Shown here piece by piece: positions 42,113-52,935 of a stretch of DNA of 64,000 bases. The notes beneath the pieces are model-generated. The model ran no database searches and was not told the origin of the DNA. It saw only the letters and a list, made by a program, of their open reading frames with translations. Positions within the stretch are counted from its first letter, which is position 1. Each line of letters opens with the position of its first letter. Location: contig CAMCUO010000005.1 of assembly GCA_945879015.1 (NCBI GenBank), positions 1,306 to 65,305 on the forward strand, written 5' to 3'. This DNA is from Chitinophaga pinensis. GTDB taxonomy: Bacteria > Bacteroidota > Bacteroidia > 2-12-FULL-35-15. A program made the position numbers and the translations under genes.

Positions 42113-42370
42113 ATGGAAGAAAGAAATTTAAGAAAAGAAAAAATTGGTACGGTTACAAGTAACAAAATGGAAAAATCCATTGTGGTTTCTGTTGAACGTA
42201 AAGTAAAACATCCGAAATACGGAAAGTTTTTAAACAAGACAACAAAGTTTGTGGCACATGATGATGCAAACACTTGCAATATTGGTGATACTGTGAAAAT
42301 TGTTGAGACTCGTCCTATCAGTAAAAGTAAATGCTGGAGATTAGTTGAAGTAATCGAAAGAGCTAAGTAA
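42113..42370 (+). CDS. rpsQ: 30S ribosomal protein S17.
   Basis: 85 aa S17. Confidence 0.95.
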   Translation: MEERNLRKEKIGTVTSNKMEKSIVVSVERKVKHPKYGKFLNKTTKFVAHDDANTCNIGDTVKIVETRPISKSKCWRLVEVIERAK

Positions 42371-42454
42371 AAATAAGGATTAAGGATTTTATTATTTGGG
42401 ATTTGTGTCCTTTTAAAATCCTAAATCTTAAATCCTAAATAAGAAAATAGTAAA

Positions 42455-42823
42455 ATGGTACAACAAGAATCAAGATTATTAGTAGCAGATAACAGCGGTG
42501 CAAAAGAAGTGCTTGTTATTCGTGTACTTGGTGGAACGAAAAAAAGATATGCTTCTATTGGAGATAAAGTGGTAGTAACAGTAAAACACGCTTTGCCTTC
42601 CGGAAACATTAAAAAAGGTGCAGTTTCTAAAGCAGTTGTTGTTAGAACAAAAAAAGAAATCAGCCGTTCAGACGGATCTTATATTCGTTTTGATGACAAT
42701 GCAGTTGTATTGTTAAACGCAACAGACGAATTAAGAGGAACACGTATTTTCGGGCCAGTAGCTCGTGAATTAAGAGATAAAAATTTTATGAAAATTATTT
42801 CTTTAGCACCTGAAGTATTATAG
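42455..42823 (+). CDS. rplN: 50S ribosomal protein L14.
   Basis: 122 aa L14. Confidence 0.95.
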   Translation: MVQQESRLLVADNSGAKEVLVIRVLGGTKKRYASIGDKVVVTVKHALPSGNIKKGAVSKAVVVRTKKEISRSDGSYIRFDDNAVVLLNATDELRGTRIFGPVARELRDKNFMKIISLAPEVL

Positions 42824-42874
42824 ATAATTAGTATTACCGTCTGCTTCAGCAAATGGGATTAAAAATAAAAAACA

Positions 42875-43201
42875 ATGAAAGTTAAATTACATATCAAAAA
42901 AGACGACTTAGTAAAAGTCCTTGCAGGCGACTCAAAAGGTCAAGAGGGGAAAGTTTTATCAATTGATAAAATTAAAAACCGTGCACTTGTTGAAGGAGTA
43001 AATTTAGTATCAAAACATACTAAGCCGGATGCAAAAAATCCTCAAGGAGGAATCATTAAGAAAGAAGCAACGGTGCATATTTCAAACTTAATGTTAGTTG
43101 AACCAGGAACAGGTAAAGTTACCCGTGTTGGTCGCAAATTAGATGAAAAATCGAATAAATTAGTACGTTACTCAAAAAAGACCGGGGAGGTAATTAAATA
43201 A
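42875..43201 (+). CDS. rplX: 50S ribosomal protein L24.
   Basis: 108 aa L24 (KOW). Confidence 0.95.
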   Translation: MKVKLHIKKDDLVKVLAGDSKGQEGKVLSIDKIKNRALVEGVNLVSKHTKPDAKNPQGGIIKKEATVHISNLMLVEPGTGKVTRVGRKLDEKSNKLVRYSKKTGEVIK

Positions 43202-43758
43202 TGGGATATTCACCACGTTTAAAAGACAAATATAAAGCAGACGTAGTTCCAGCTTTACAAAAAAAGTACGGTTACAGCAGTTCAATGCAAGTGCCTAAAC
43301 TTCAAAAGATATGCCTTAATCAAGGTGTTGGAGACGCAGTTTCTGATAAAAAATTGATTGAAAGCGCTATCAAAGAAATGTCAACAATCAGCGGACAAAA
43401 AGCTGTTTCTACCATTTCTAAAAAGGATATTTCTAACTTCAAACTTCGTAAAGGCGTGCCTATCGGAGTAAGAGTTACTCTTCGCGGAGATATGATGTAT
43501 GAGTTTTTGGACAGATTAATTTCTGTTGCATTACCTCGTATTCGTGATTTCAGAGGAATCAATGATAAAGGTTTTGACGGAAGTGGAAACTATACTTTAG
43601 GTGTTACTGAACAAATCATTTTCCCGGAAATTGATATTGATAAAGTAAGTAAGATTATGGGTATGGACATAACTTTCGTTACTTCAGCTGATTCAGACGG
43701 AGAAGCATTAGCATTGTTAAGTGAATTTGGATTACCATTTAAGAACCAAAAAAAATAA
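43201..43758 (+). CDS. rplE: 50S ribosomal protein L5.
   Basis: 185 aa L5. Confidence 0.95.
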   Translation: MGYSPRLKDKYKADVVPALQKKYGYSSSMQVPKLQKICLNQGVGDAVSDKKLIESAIKEMSTISGQKAVSTISKKDISNFKLRKGVPIGVRVTLRGDMMYEFLDRLISVALPRIRDFRGINDKGFDGSGNYTLGVTEQIIFPEIDIDKVSKIMGMDITFVTSADSDGEALALLSEFGLPFKNQKK

Positions 43759-43767
43759 TATAAGTCG

Positions 43768-44037
43768 ATGGCAAAAGAATCAATGAAAGCAAGAGAAGTT
43801 AAACGTAAGAAACTTGCTGATCTATACGCTGAAAGAAGAGCTGCTTTAAAAGCTGCAGGAGATTCAGTTGGACTGCAAAAATTACCAAGAGCTTCTTCAC
43901 CAACTCGTCAACGTAACCGTTGTAGATTAACTGGTCGTCCTAGAGGTTATATGCGTCAATTCGGTATTTCACGTAATCAATTCCGTGAAATGGTATTGGA
44001 TGGTTTAATTCCGGGATTGACAAAATCAAGTTGGTAA
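43768..44037 (+). CDS. rpsN: 30S ribosomal protein S14.
   Basis: 89 aa S14. Confidence 0.95.
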   Translation: MAKESMKAREVKRKKLADLYAERRAALKAAGDSVGLQKLPRASSPTRQRNRCRLTGRPRGYMRQFGISRNQFREMVLDGLIPGLTKSSW

Positions 44038-44110
44038 TTCGGTTCGATTACAAAAAGAGTATTAATGTATAATTATCCTGCGTGCGGGATAACATATAAA
44101 ACCAAATAAA

Positions 44111-44506
44111 ATGACAGATACAATTGCAGATTACCTCACAAGAGTGAGAAATGCTATCAAAGCAAACCACAGAATCGTAGAGATTCCTTCTTCTAACCTT
44201 AAAAAAGAGATTACTAAGATCCTTTTCGAAAAAGGCTACATCCTTAGTTACAAATTTGAAGATTCAGCTTCTCAAGGCAACATTAAAATTGCATTGAAAT
44301 ACCATCCTGTTAACAAACAGTCGGCTATCAAAAATCTTGAAAGAGTGAGTTCTCCAGGTTTACGTAAGTATACTGGTTCTGCTAAAATACCTCGCGTATT
44401 GAACGGATTAGGAATCGCTATTATTTCAACTTCAAAAGGTGTAATGACTGATAAAGAAGCGAAAACACAAAAAGTAGGTGGTGAAGTATTGTGTTATGTT
44501 TATTAA
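44111..44506 (+). CDS. rpsH: 30S ribosomal protein S8.
   Basis: 131 aa S8. Confidence 0.95.
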   Translation: MTDTIADYLTRVRNAIKANHRIVEIPSSNLKKEITKILFEKGYILSYKFEDSASQGNIKIALKYHPVNKQSAIKNLERVSSPGLRKYTGSAKIPRVLNGLGIAIISTSKGVMTDKEAKTQKVGGEVLCYVY

Positions 44507-44525
44507 TATTTAGGAGGAAAGAAAA

Positions 44526-45080
44526 ATGTCAAGAATAGGTAAATTACCAATAACACTTCCGAAAGGAGTAGAGGTAAATGTTTCAGATAAAAACGTTGCA
44601 ACTGTTAAAGGACCAAAAGGAACTTTAACTCAAGCAATGGATACAGCAATTACTGTTGCAAACGCCGATGGTGTATTAACAGTAGCTCGTGCAACTGACC
44701 AAAAACGTCATAGAGCAATGCATGGTTTATACCGTGCGCTTCTAGCTTCAATGATAAAAGGTGTTAGCGAAGGATATAAAACAGAACAAGAACTTGTTGG
44801 TGTTGGTTATCGTGCTGCAAACAAAGGACAATTGTTAGAATTAACTTTAGGTTATTCTCATAACGTTGCTTTTGAATTGCCAGTTGAAATAAAAGTAACT
44901 ACTGCAACAGAAAAAGGTTCGAACCCAAAAATTATTTTGGAATCAGCTGATAAACAATTGTTAGGTGCAGTTGCTGCTAAAATTCGTTCTATGCGTAAAC
45001 CTGAACCTTATAAAGGAAAAGGTATCAAATTTACTAATGAGATTTTGAGAAGAAAAGCAGGTAAATCAGCAGGTAAATAA
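44526..45080 (+). CDS. rplF: 50S ribosomal protein L6.
   Basis: 184 aa L6. Confidence 0.95.
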   Translation: MSRIGKLPITLPKGVEVNVSDKNVATVKGPKGTLTQAMDTAITVANADGVLTVARATDQKRHRAMHGLYRALLASMIKGVSEGYKTEQELVGVGYRAANKGQLLELTLGYSHNVAFELPVEIKVTTATEKGSNPKIILESADKQLLGAVAAKIRSMRKPEPYKGKGIKFTNEILRRKAGKSAGK

Positions 45081-45131
45081 TAAAATAAGAATTTAATTGT
45101 CGGCTAAACCGACAGAAATAAGGTAAATAAA

Positions 45132-45491
45132 ATGGCTAATAACACAAAAGAATTCAGAAGAAACAGAATCAAACAACGTATTCGTAAGGTTGTTAATGGT
45201 GACGCACAAAGTCCACGTTTGTCTGTTTTTAGAAGTAATAAAGGTATCTACGTTCAATTGATCGATGATATTTCAGAAAAAACTTTAATTGCTGCATCTT
45301 CAGCTGATAAAGGAATTGCTGATGTAAAAGGAAATAAAATTGATCAAGCAAAATTGGTAGGTAAAGCTATTGCTGAAAAAGCTATCAAGGCAGGTATTTC
45401 ATCGGTACGTTTTGACAGAAATGGTTATTTGTACCATGGTCGTGTTAAATCATTAGCAGAAGGTGCTCGTGAAGCAGGTTTAAAATTCTAA
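45132..45491 (+). CDS. rplR: 50S ribosomal protein L18.
   Basis: 119 aa L18. Confidence 0.95.
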   Translation: MANNTKEFRRNRIKQRIRKVVNGDAQSPRLSVFRSNKGIYVQLIDDISEKTLIAASSADKGIADVKGNKIDQAKLVGKAIAEKAIKAGISSVRFDRNGYLYHGRVKSLAEGAREAGLKF

Positions 45492-45583
45492 AAATTACAA
45501 ATTACAAATTGAAAATTAAAGATTGAAAGATTAAAGTGAGATAAAAATCCTAAATCCTAAATCTAAAATCTAAAAATAGAAAA

Positions 45584-46102
45584 ATGTCAAACGCAAACAT
45601 TAAGAGAGTAAAATCAAGTGATATCGAATTGAAAGATAAACTTGTTAGCATCCAACGTGTAACTAAGGTTACAAAAGGAGGAAGAAACTTTACATTTTCA
45701 GCTATTGTTGTAGTTGGAAACGAAAAAGGAATTGTTGGATATGGTTTGGGTAAAGCAAAAGAAGTAACTGATGCTATTACTAAAGGTATTGATGATGCTA
45801 AAAAGAATTTAATTAAAGTTGCAATCGTTAAAGGAACTGTTCCTCACGAACAATATGGTAAGTTCAGCGGATCATTGGTTTTCTTGAAACCAGCAGCACA
45901 CGGAACTGGTGTTATTGCAGGTGGTGCGATGCGTGCAGTTTTAGAAAGCGTTGGTGTAACAGATGTATTGGCAAAATCAAAAGGCTCATCAAATCCTCAC
46001 AACGTTGTGAAAGCAACTATGGATGCGTTGATGAAAATGCGTGATGCTGCTACAGTTGCGCAAACTCGTGGTATATCAATGGAAAAAGTATTTAACGGAT
46101 AA
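45584..46102 (+). CDS. rpsE: 30S ribosomal protein S5.
   Basis: 172 aa S5. Confidence 0.95.
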   Translation: MSNANIKRVKSSDIELKDKLVSIQRVTKVTKGGRNFTFSAIVVVGNEKGIVGYGLGKAKEVTDAITKGIDDAKKNLIKVAIVKGTVPHEQYGKFSGSLVFLKPAAHGTGVIAGGAMRAVLESVGVTDVLAKSKGSSNPHNVVKATMDALMKMRDAATVAQTRGISMEKVFNG

Positions 46103-46207
46103 TTAAGTTAAAAAGTTAAAAAGTTGAAAAGTTAAAAAGTTGATGTTTTAGTAACAACTTTGAAACCTTAAAACTTTCAAACCTTAAAACTTTCAAACTA
46201 AAATAAA

Positions 46208-46384
46208 ATGGCAACAATTAAAATTAAACAGGTAAAAAGCGGAATCGGTCAAACAGTGCGTCAAAAGCGTACTTTGCAAGCTTTAGGTTTTATCAAAATG
46301 AACCAAACTATTGAAAAGGAAGCAACTCCTCAGATTCTTGGGATGGTGAAAAAAGTAGCTCATTTGCTAGTTGAAGTAAAATAA
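46208..46384 (+). CDS. rpmD: 50S ribosomal protein L30. Not in the ORF track because it is under 60 aa.
   Basis: Manual translation: MATIKIKQVKSGIGQTVRQKRTLQALGFIKMNQTIEKEATPQILGMVKKVAHLLVEVK (58 aa) followed by TAA. Confidence 0.85.
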   Translation: MATIKIKQVKSGIGQTVRQKRTLQALGFIKMNQTIEKEATPQILGMVKKVAHLLVEVK

Positions 46385-46467
46385 AAATTAGAGAAGTATT
46401 GAATTAGAGAATGCAGAATAACTAAAATCACATTCGCTAAATCTACAAATCAATAAAAAGAAAAAAA

Positions 46468-46935
46468 ATGAATTTAAGTAATTTAACACCAGCAGAAGGT
46501 TCAGTAAAAAACGCTAAAAAGCGTATTGGTAGAGGTCAAGGATCTGGAAAAGGCGGAACTTCAACAAAAGGTCACAAAGGTGCTCAGTCACGTTCTGGAT
46601 ACTCTGCTAAAAGAGGTTTTGAAGGTGGTCAAATGCCATTACAAAGACGTGTTCCAAAATTTGGATTTAAAAATATTAATCGTGTTGAATACCGTGGAAT
46701 TAACTTAGATGTTATTCAAGGATTAGTTGATGCGAACAAAGTAGCTACAATCGATTTAGCATTTTTAATTTCAAAAGGATTGGCTCACAAAAACGATAAA
46801 GTAAAAGTGCTTGGTCGTGGTGAATTAAAATCAAAAGTTGATGTTTCTGTTCATGCATTTTCTGCATCAGCAAAATCAGCAATTGAAGCAAAAGGTGGAT
46901 CAGCTGTTTCGGTTGAAAAAGTTGCAAAAGCTTAA
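46468..46935 (+). CDS. rplO: 50S ribosomal protein L15.
   Basis: 155 aa L15. Confidence 0.95.
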   Translation: MNLSNLTPAEGSVKNAKKRIGRGQGSGKGGTSTKGHKGAQSRSGYSAKRGFEGGQMPLQRRVPKFGFKNINRVEYRGINLDVIQGLVDANKVATIDLAFLISKGLAHKNDKVKVLGRGELKSKVDVSVHAFSASAKSAIEAKGGSAVSVEKVAKA

Positions 46936-46957
46936 TTAAACGCAGTAATACTGTTTT

Positions 46958-48304
46958 ATGAAAAACTTTATAAATACATTAAAAAACATTTGGAAAATTG
47001 AGGAACTAAGAGGTCGTATTCTTATGACACTTGGTCTTATTTTGATTTACCGTTTGGGTTCATATGTTGTTCTTCCAGGAGTTAATACACAAGTTCTTGC
47101 TGATGCAAGTAAATCTTCAAACGAAGGAATTATTGGATTGATTAATATTTTTGCAGGTGGAGCATTTTCTCGTGCATCTATTTTCGGATTAGGAATTATG
47201 CCTTATATCTCTGCATCTATTGTTGTGCAATTATTAGGAATGGCTTTGCCATATTTCAGAAAATTACAAATGTCTGGAGAAAGTGGTCGTAAAAAAATAA
47301 ATCAAATCACTCGTTTTTTGACAGTTGGTATCACTTTGATGCAAGCTCCTGGGTACATTGCTACTCAAATTACAAGCAAACCGGGTGTTGTTGCTGATCC
47401 TGGGTTTTTCTGGATGGCGCAATCTATTTTGATTTTAATTACAGGAACGATGTTCGTTATGTGGTTAGGAGAAAAAATTACAGATAAAGGAATTGGAAAT
47501 GGTATTTCATTAATCATTATGATTGGTATCATTGCTCGTTTACCTGAATCTTTTTTACAAGAATTTGCTAATCGCTTAGGTGGTGACGGTGGAGGTGGTG
47601 GATTAATCATGTTGTTAATCGAAATGGTTCTTTTATTATTAATTATTGTTGGAACAATTATGTTGGTTCAAGGAACAAGAAAAATTCCTGTTCAATACGC
47701 TAAAAAAATTGTTGGAAGTAAACAATATGGTGGTACTCGTCAGTATATTCCTTTAAAAGTAAATGCTGCAGGTGTAATGCCAATCATCTTTGCGCAAGCA
47801 ATTATGTTTATCCCAATTACAGTTATTTCTTATGCTCAATCCGATTCATTGACAGGTGTGCTAGGTGCTTTGTCTAATCACAATGGATTCTGGTATAATT
47901 TAGTTTTTGCATTATTAATTATTGTGTTTACTTATTTCTATACAGCTATTACGGTTAATCCTAATCAAATGGCAGAAGACATGAAACGCAATGGTGGATT
48001 TGTACCAGGTGTTGTACCAGGTAAAAAAACAGCTGAATTTATTGATGCTGTGATGTCGCGTATTACATTACCAGGTTCTATTCTATTAGCATTTGTGGCT
48101 ATTTTGCCAGCATTCGCTTATATATTAAATGTAGATGCAGGATTCGCACAATTTTTTGGTGGAACATCTTTATTGATTTTGGTTGGTGTTGTGTTGGATA
48201 CATTACAACAAATAGAAAGTTATTTATTAATGCGTCATTATGATGGATTGATGAAAACAGGAAGAATAAAAGGTCGTTCTTCAATGAGTATGACCACAGC
48301 TTAA
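46958..48304 (+). CDS. secY: Preprotein translocase SecY.
   Basis: 448 aa, 10 TM. Confidence 0.95.
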   Translation: MKNFINTLKNIWKIEELRGRILMTLGLILIYRLGSYVVLPGVNTQVLADASKSSNEGIIGLINIFAGGAFSRASIFGLGIMPYISASIVVQLLGMALPYFRKLQMSGESGRKKINQITRFLTVGITLMQAPGYIATQITSKPGVVADPGFFWMAQSILILITGTMFVMWLGEKITDKGIGNGISLIIMIGIIARLPESFLQEFANRLGGDGGGGGLIMLLIEMVLLLLIIVGTIMLVQGTRKIPVQYAKKIVGSKQYGGTRQYIPLKVNAAGVMPIIFAQAIMFIPITVISYAQSDSLTGVLGALSNHNGFWYNLVFALLIIVFTYFYTAITVNPNQMAEDMKRNGGFVPGVVPGKKTAEFIDAVMSRITLPGSILLAFVAILPAFAYILNVDAGFAQFFGGTSLLILVGVVLDTLQQIESYLLMRHYDGLMKTGRIKGRSSMSMTTA

Positions 48305-48326
48305 TATAAGAAGAGGAGAAAGAAAC

Positions 48327-49115
48327 GTGTCGAAAGGCTTGTATTATAAAACGAAAGAAGAGATAGAATTAATAAGAGAAAGTTCTTTACTTGTTGGAAA
48401 AACTTTAGCCGAAGTTGCAAAAGTTATTAAACCCGGAATCACTACACTATCATTAGATAAAGTAGCGTACGAGTTTATTAATGATAACAAAGCAATTCCC
48501 GCTTTTTTGAATTACAGCGGTTTTCCGAATTCACTATGCATTTCTGTAAATGCACAAGTGGTTCACGGAATACCAGGAAAGTATGAATTAAAAGATGGTG
48601 ATATTGTTTCTGTTGATTGTGGAGTTATAAAAAATAAATTTTTTGGTGACTCTGCATATACCTTTGCAATAGGAGAAGTAAAGCCCGAAATTTTGAATCT
48701 CTTACAGGTTACAAAAGAAAGTCTTTACAAAGCAATTGAAGTATCAATAGTTGGAAAGCGATTAGGAGATGTTGGTGAAGCAGTTCAAGATTATGCCGAA
48801 AAAAATGGATACTCTGTAGTAAGAGAATTAGTTGGACACGGAATAGGACAGAATTTGCACGAAGCACCGGAAGTTCCAAATTATGGAAAAAGAGGAACAG
48901 GATTAAAGTTGCAAGAAGGGTTGGTAATCGCAATTGAGCCAATGATTAATTTTGGTAAAAAAGCAATTAAAACAGATAGTGATGGTTGGACAATTGCAAC
49001 TGCTGATAATTTACCATCAGCACACTTTGAGCACACAATAGCAATAGGAAAAAACAAAGCAGATATTTTATCAAGCTTTGAATATATTGAAGAAGTATTA
49101 AAGAATAAAAAATAA
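48327..49115 (+). CDS. map: Methionine aminopeptidase type I.
   Basis: 262 aa MetAP. Confidence 0.9.
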   Translation: MSKGLYYKTKEEIELIRESSLLVGKTLAEVAKVIKPGITTLSLDKVAYEFINDNKAIPAFLNYSGFPNSLCISVNAQVVHGIPGKYELKDGDIVSVDCGVIKNKFFGDSAYTFAIGEVKPEILNLLQVTKESLYKAIEVSIVGKRLGDVGEAVQDYAEKNGYSVVRELVGHGIGQNLHEAPEVPNYGKRGTGLKLQEGLVIAIEPMINFGKKAIKTDSDGWTIATADNLPSAHFEHTIAIGKNKADILSSFEYIEEVLKNKK

Positions 49116-49137
49116 AGATTAGGATTTTTAAAAAAGT

Positions 49138-49356
49138 ATGGCCAAACAATCATCAATTGAGCAAGATGGAACAATATTAGAAGCATTGTCAAATGCAATG
49201 TTTCGTGTTGAGCTCGAAAATGGACATGTGATTACAGCTCACATTTCAGGAAAAATGCGAATGCACTATATTAAAATTTTAACAGGCGATAAAGTAAAAA
49301 TTGAAATGTCGCCCTACGATTTAACAAAAGGAAGAATATCTTACAGATATAAATAA
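49138..49356 (+). CDS. infA: Translation initiation factor IF-1.
   Basis: 72 aa S1-like IF-1. Confidence 0.95.
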   Translation: MAKQSSIEQDGTILEALSNAMFRVELENGHVITAHISGKMRMHYIKILTGDKVKIEMSPYDLTKGRISYRYK

Positions 49357-49395
49357 TAAAATAAAAGATTAGTAATAAAGTAATTCATAGAAATA

Positions 49396-49512
49396 ATGAA
49401 AGTTAGAACATCCATTAAAAAGAGAAGTGTTGACTGCAAAATCGTTCGCAGAAAGGGCGTTTTGTATGTAATCAACAAAAAAAATCCTAAGTTTAAACAA
49501 AGACAAGGATAA
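49396..49512 (+). CDS. rpmJ: 50S ribosomal protein L36. Not in the ORF track.
   Basis: Manual translation: [38 protein letters not shown] (38 aa). Confidence 0.85.
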   Translation: MKVRTSIKKRSVDCKIVRRKGVLYVINKKNPKFKQRQG

Positions 49513-49564
49513 TTAAAAACGAAAATTCAATGTGATAAAATCACATTATTAAACAAAAAATAAA

Positions 49565-49942
49565 ATGGCTAGAATTGCAGGTATTGACTTACCAAACAAC
49601 AAAAGAGGAGAAATCGGTTTAACATATATTTATGGTATCGGCCGTAGTACTGCTCAAAAAGTATTGACAGAAGCAGGAATCGATTGGAACGTTAAAGTTC
49701 AAGATTGGAATGACGATCAGTTAACTGCTATTCGTACAATCTTAACTGATAAATATAAATTAGAAGGTTCTTTACGTTCTGAAGTTCAATTAAACATTAA
49801 ACGTTTGATGGATATTGGTGCTTACAGAGGAATTCGCCATCGTGTTGGTTTACCAGTTCGTGGACAAACAACTAAAAACAACGCACGTACTAGAAAAGGT
49901 AAGCGTAAAACAGTTGCAAACAAGAAAAAAGTAACTAAATAA
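49565..49942 (+). CDS. rpsM: 30S ribosomal protein S13.
   Basis: 125 aa S13. Confidence 0.95.
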   Translation: MARIAGIDLPNNKRGEIGLTYIYGIGRSTAQKVLTEAGIDWNVKVQDWNDDQLTAIRTILTDKYKLEGSLRSEVQLNIKRLMDIGAYRGIRHRVGLPVRGQTTKNNARTRKGKRKTVANKKKVTK

Positions 49943-50043
49943 ACCTCTCCCCAACCCTCTCCAAATAGAGAGGGAGGATAAGGAAAAAAAAGTAAATTAA
50001 TTAAACGGTCAGCGTTAACTGACGATCATATAAATAAAAACAA

Positions 50044-50454
50044 ATGGCTAAAACAAATCAAGCAACAACTACAGTAAAAGCTGCCGCTAAGAAAAGAGTT
50101 GTAAAAGTAGATGCAATTGGCGAAGCGCATATCAATGCTACCTTCAACAATATCATCATTTCATTAACAAATTTAACTGGACAAGTTATTTCTTGGTCTA
50201 GTGCTGGAAAAATGGGTTTCCGTGGTTCTAAGAAAAACACACCTTATGCAGCTCAATTAGCAGCTTCAGATTGTGCTAAAGTTGCTTACGACAATGGATT
50301 GAGAAAAGTGAAAGTATTTGTAAAAGGTCCAGGTGCTGGTCGTGAATCGGCTATCCGTACTTTAGCAGCTGCTGGAATTGAAGTTACAGAAATCATGGAT
50401 ATCACGCCAATCCCTCACAATGGTTGTCGTCCTCCAAAACGCAGAAGAGTATAG
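50044..50454 (+). CDS. rpsK: 30S ribosomal protein S11.
   Basis: 136 aa S11. Confidence 0.95.
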   Translation: MAKTNQATTTVKAAAKKRVVKVDAIGEAHINATFNNIIISLTNLTGQVISWSSAGKMGFRGSKKNTPYAAQLAASDCAKVAYDNGLRKVKVFVKGPGAGRESAIRTLAAAGIEVTEIMDITPIPHNGCRPPKRRRV

Positions 50455-50558
50455 AAGAAATTATAAATTATGAATTAGTAATGAAAAATGATAATCATAA
50501 TTTGTAGCAAAAAAATAAAAATTTATAATTCATAATTTACAATTTATAATTACAACAA

Positions 50559-51164
50559 ATGGCAAGATACATCGGCCCCAAATCAAGAATAGCAAGAAAA
50601 TTTAAAGAACCAATTTTTGGTCCTGATAAAGTATTAGAAAAAAAGAACTACCCTCCTGGACAACATGGTTTGTCTAAGAAGCGTTCGAAGCAATCAGAAT
50701 ATGCTGTTCAGTTACAAGAGAAACAAAAAGCAAAATATACTTACGGTATTTTAGAGCGTCAATTCTGGAAAATTTATACAATGGCTCAACGTGCACATGG
50801 TGTTACAGGTGAGGTATTGTTACAATTGATCGAATCTCGTATCGATAACGTTGTTTATCGTATGGGTATTTCTCCTACACGTAGTGGTGCTCGCCAATTA
50901 GTTGGTCACCGTCACATTACTGTTAACGGAAACGTAATGAACATTCCTTCTTATATTTTAAAACCAGGTGATATTGTTGCAGTTCGTGAGCGTTCAAAAA
51001 CATTAGAAGTAATTAGTGCTAGTGTTTCTGGTGCTAATAATGCTTACCCTTGGATGGATTTTGATAAAACTTCTATGACAGGAAAATTCATTTCTGTTCC
51101 TGAAAGAGTTCAAATTCCAGAAAATATTAAAGAACAATTAATTGTCGAATTGTACTCTAAATAA
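50559..51164 (+). CDS. rpsD: 30S ribosomal protein S4.
   Basis: 201 aa S4. Confidence 0.95.
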   Translation: MARYIGPKSRIARKFKEPIFGPDKVLEKKNYPPGQHGLSKKRSKQSEYAVQLQEKQKAKYTYGILERQFWKIYTMAQRAHGVTGEVLLQLIESRIDNVVYRMGISPTRSGARQLVGHRHITVNGNVMNIPSYILKPGDIVAVRERSKTLEVISASVSGANNAYPWMDFDKTSMTGKFISVPERVQIPENIKEQLIVELYSK

Positions 51165-51239
51165 TAGAGAATTAGTATTGGTGCTTGCATCATTTATAAG
51201 AAAAATTAAAATAGTAATTAACTTAATAAAATATAACAC

Positions 51240-52232
51240 ATGGCAATTTTAGCTTTTCAAAAACCTGATAAGGTAATTATGATTAACTCTAGTGAAACTG
51301 AAGGTCAATTCGAATTCCGTCCTCTAGAGCCTGGTTATGGTATTACTGTTGGTAATGCTTTAAGAAGAATTTTATTGTCATCTTTAGAAGGCCATGCTAT
51401 CACTACTATCAAAATAGAAGGTGTTGATCATGAATTTTCTACACTTAAAGGTGTTGCAGAAGATATAACTGAAATCATTTTGAACTTAAAACAAGTTCGT
51501 TTCAAAAAGCAAATTGAAACAACAGATTTCGAAAAAGTAACGGTAACAGTTACTGGTAAAAGTCAGTTAACTGCTGGAGATATCGGTAAATTTACTTCAG
51601 GATTCCAAGTATTAAATTCAGATCTAGTTATCTGCAACATGGAATCAAACGTGAAATTGAAAATTGAATTAACAATTGATAAAGGTCGTGGTTATGTTCC
51701 TGCTGAAGAGAACAAACCAGTAAATGCTTCTGCTGGATTAATTCCAATCGATTCTATCTACACTCCAATCAAAAATGTTCAATACAGCATCGAAAACTTC
51801 CGTGTTGAGCAAAAAACAGATTATGAGAAGTTGATTATGAACATCACAACTGATGGTTCTATTCATCCGAAAGAAGCTTTGAAAGAAGCTGCTAAAATTT
51901 TAATTCACCACTTCATGTTATTCTCTGATGAGCGTATCACTTTGGATACTGAAGAAAAAATGGCTACTGAAGAGTTTGATGAAACATCATTACACATGCG
52001 TCAGTTGCTTAAAACTAAACTAGTTGATATGGATTTGTCAGTTCGTGCTTTAAATTGCTTAAAAGCTGCTGATGTTGAAACTTTAGCTGATTTAGTATCA
52101 TTTGCAAAACACGACCTTTTAAAATTCAGAAACTTCGGTAAAAAATCACTTACTGAATTGGAAGACTTAGTTGCAAACAAAGGTTTGACTTTCGGAATGA
52201 ACTTAGCAAAATATAAATTAGATAAAGAATAA
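51240..52232 (+). CDS. rpoA: DNA-directed RNA polymerase alpha subunit.
   Basis: 330 aa RpoA. Confidence 0.95.
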   Translation: MAILAFQKPDKVIMINSSETEGQFEFRPLEPGYGITVGNALRRILLSSLEGHAITTIKIEGVDHEFSTLKGVAEDITEIILNLKQVRFKKQIETTDFEKVTVTVTGKSQLTAGDIGKFTSGFQVLNSDLVICNMESNVKLKIELTIDKGRGYVPAEENKPVNASAGLIPIDSIYTPIKNVQYSIENFRVEQKTDYEKLIMNITTDGSIHPKEALKEAAKILIHHFMLFSDERITLDTEEKMATEEFDETSLHMRQLLKTKLVDMDLSVRALNCLKAADVETLADLVSFAKHDLLKFRNFGKKSLTELEDLVANKGLTFGMNLAKYKLDKE

Positions 52233-52242
52233 AAACAGATTA

Positions 52243-52305
52243 GAGATATGAGATGTGAGATGTGAGACGTTTAGTTTTATCTCACATCTCACATCTCACA
52301 TCTCA
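52243..52305 (+). promoter_or_regulatory. Long near-perfect hairpin built from GAGATGT heptads between rpoA and rplQ (attenuator, processing site or terminator).
   Basis: tgagatgtgagatgtgaga-N14-tctcacatctcacatctca; about 19 bp stem. Confidence 0.5.
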
Positions 52306-52319
52306 ATACTAAAAATAAA

Positions 52320-52814
52320 ATGAGACACGGAGATAAATTAAATAATTTAGGCAGAAAAACTGCTCATCGTAAGGCGATGTTAGCTAATATGGCTAGTTCA
52401 TTAATTTTACACAAACGCATTAGCACTACGCTTGCAAAAGCAAAGGCATTGAGAATTTATGTTGAGCCAATTTTGACAAAATCAAAAGATGATTCAACTC
52501 ATTCAAGACGTACGGTTTTTGCATATTTGGGTAACAAAGAAGCAGTAGAAATGCTTTTCAAAGATATATCATCAAAAATTGCTGATCGTCCAGGTGGATA
52601 CACTAGAATTCTTAAGACTGGTGGCCGTTTAGGCGATAATGCTGATATGTGCTTTATCGAATTGGTTGACTTCAACGAAAATATGTTAGCTGCTAAAGCT
52701 CCTGCTAAAGCTAAAACATCTAGACGTGGTGGTAAAAAGAAATCAACAGATACAACAGCTAAAACAGTTGAAAAAACTGAAGAATCAACAGATGACAACA
52801 CAAAAAGTGAATAA
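52320..52814 (+). CDS. rplQ: 50S ribosomal protein L17.
   Basis: 164 aa L17 with a C-terminal Lys/Thr-rich extension. Confidence 0.95.
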   Translation: MRHGDKLNNLGRKTAHRKAMLANMASSLILHKRISTTLAKAKALRIYVEPILTKSKDDSTHSRRTVFAYLGNKEAVEMLFKDISSKIADRPGGYTRILKTGGRLGDNADMCFIELVDFNENMLAAKAPAKAKTSRRGGKKKSTDTTAKTVEKTEESTDDNTKSE

Positions 52815-52843
52815 TTTGTTGACTTAATATTTTTAATCTTAAA

Positions 52844-52878
52844 AAGGATAAAGTAATTTTGCTTTATCCTTTTTTTAT
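52844..52878 (+). terminator. Rho-independent terminator of the ribosomal-protein superoperon.
   Basis: aaggataaag-N8-ctttatcctt plus T7. Confidence 0.6.
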
Positions 52879-52935
52879 GCACGGACCTCACCCCGACCAT
52901 CTCCTTGGAGAAGGAGAGGGAGAAAAAGAAAAACT

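Noticed and set aside
42371-46207. CRISPR array among the short tandem repeats in the ribosomal spacers
   Set aside because: The repeat units are 7-12 bp, AT-only, directly adjacent with no unique spacers, and no cas genes are present.
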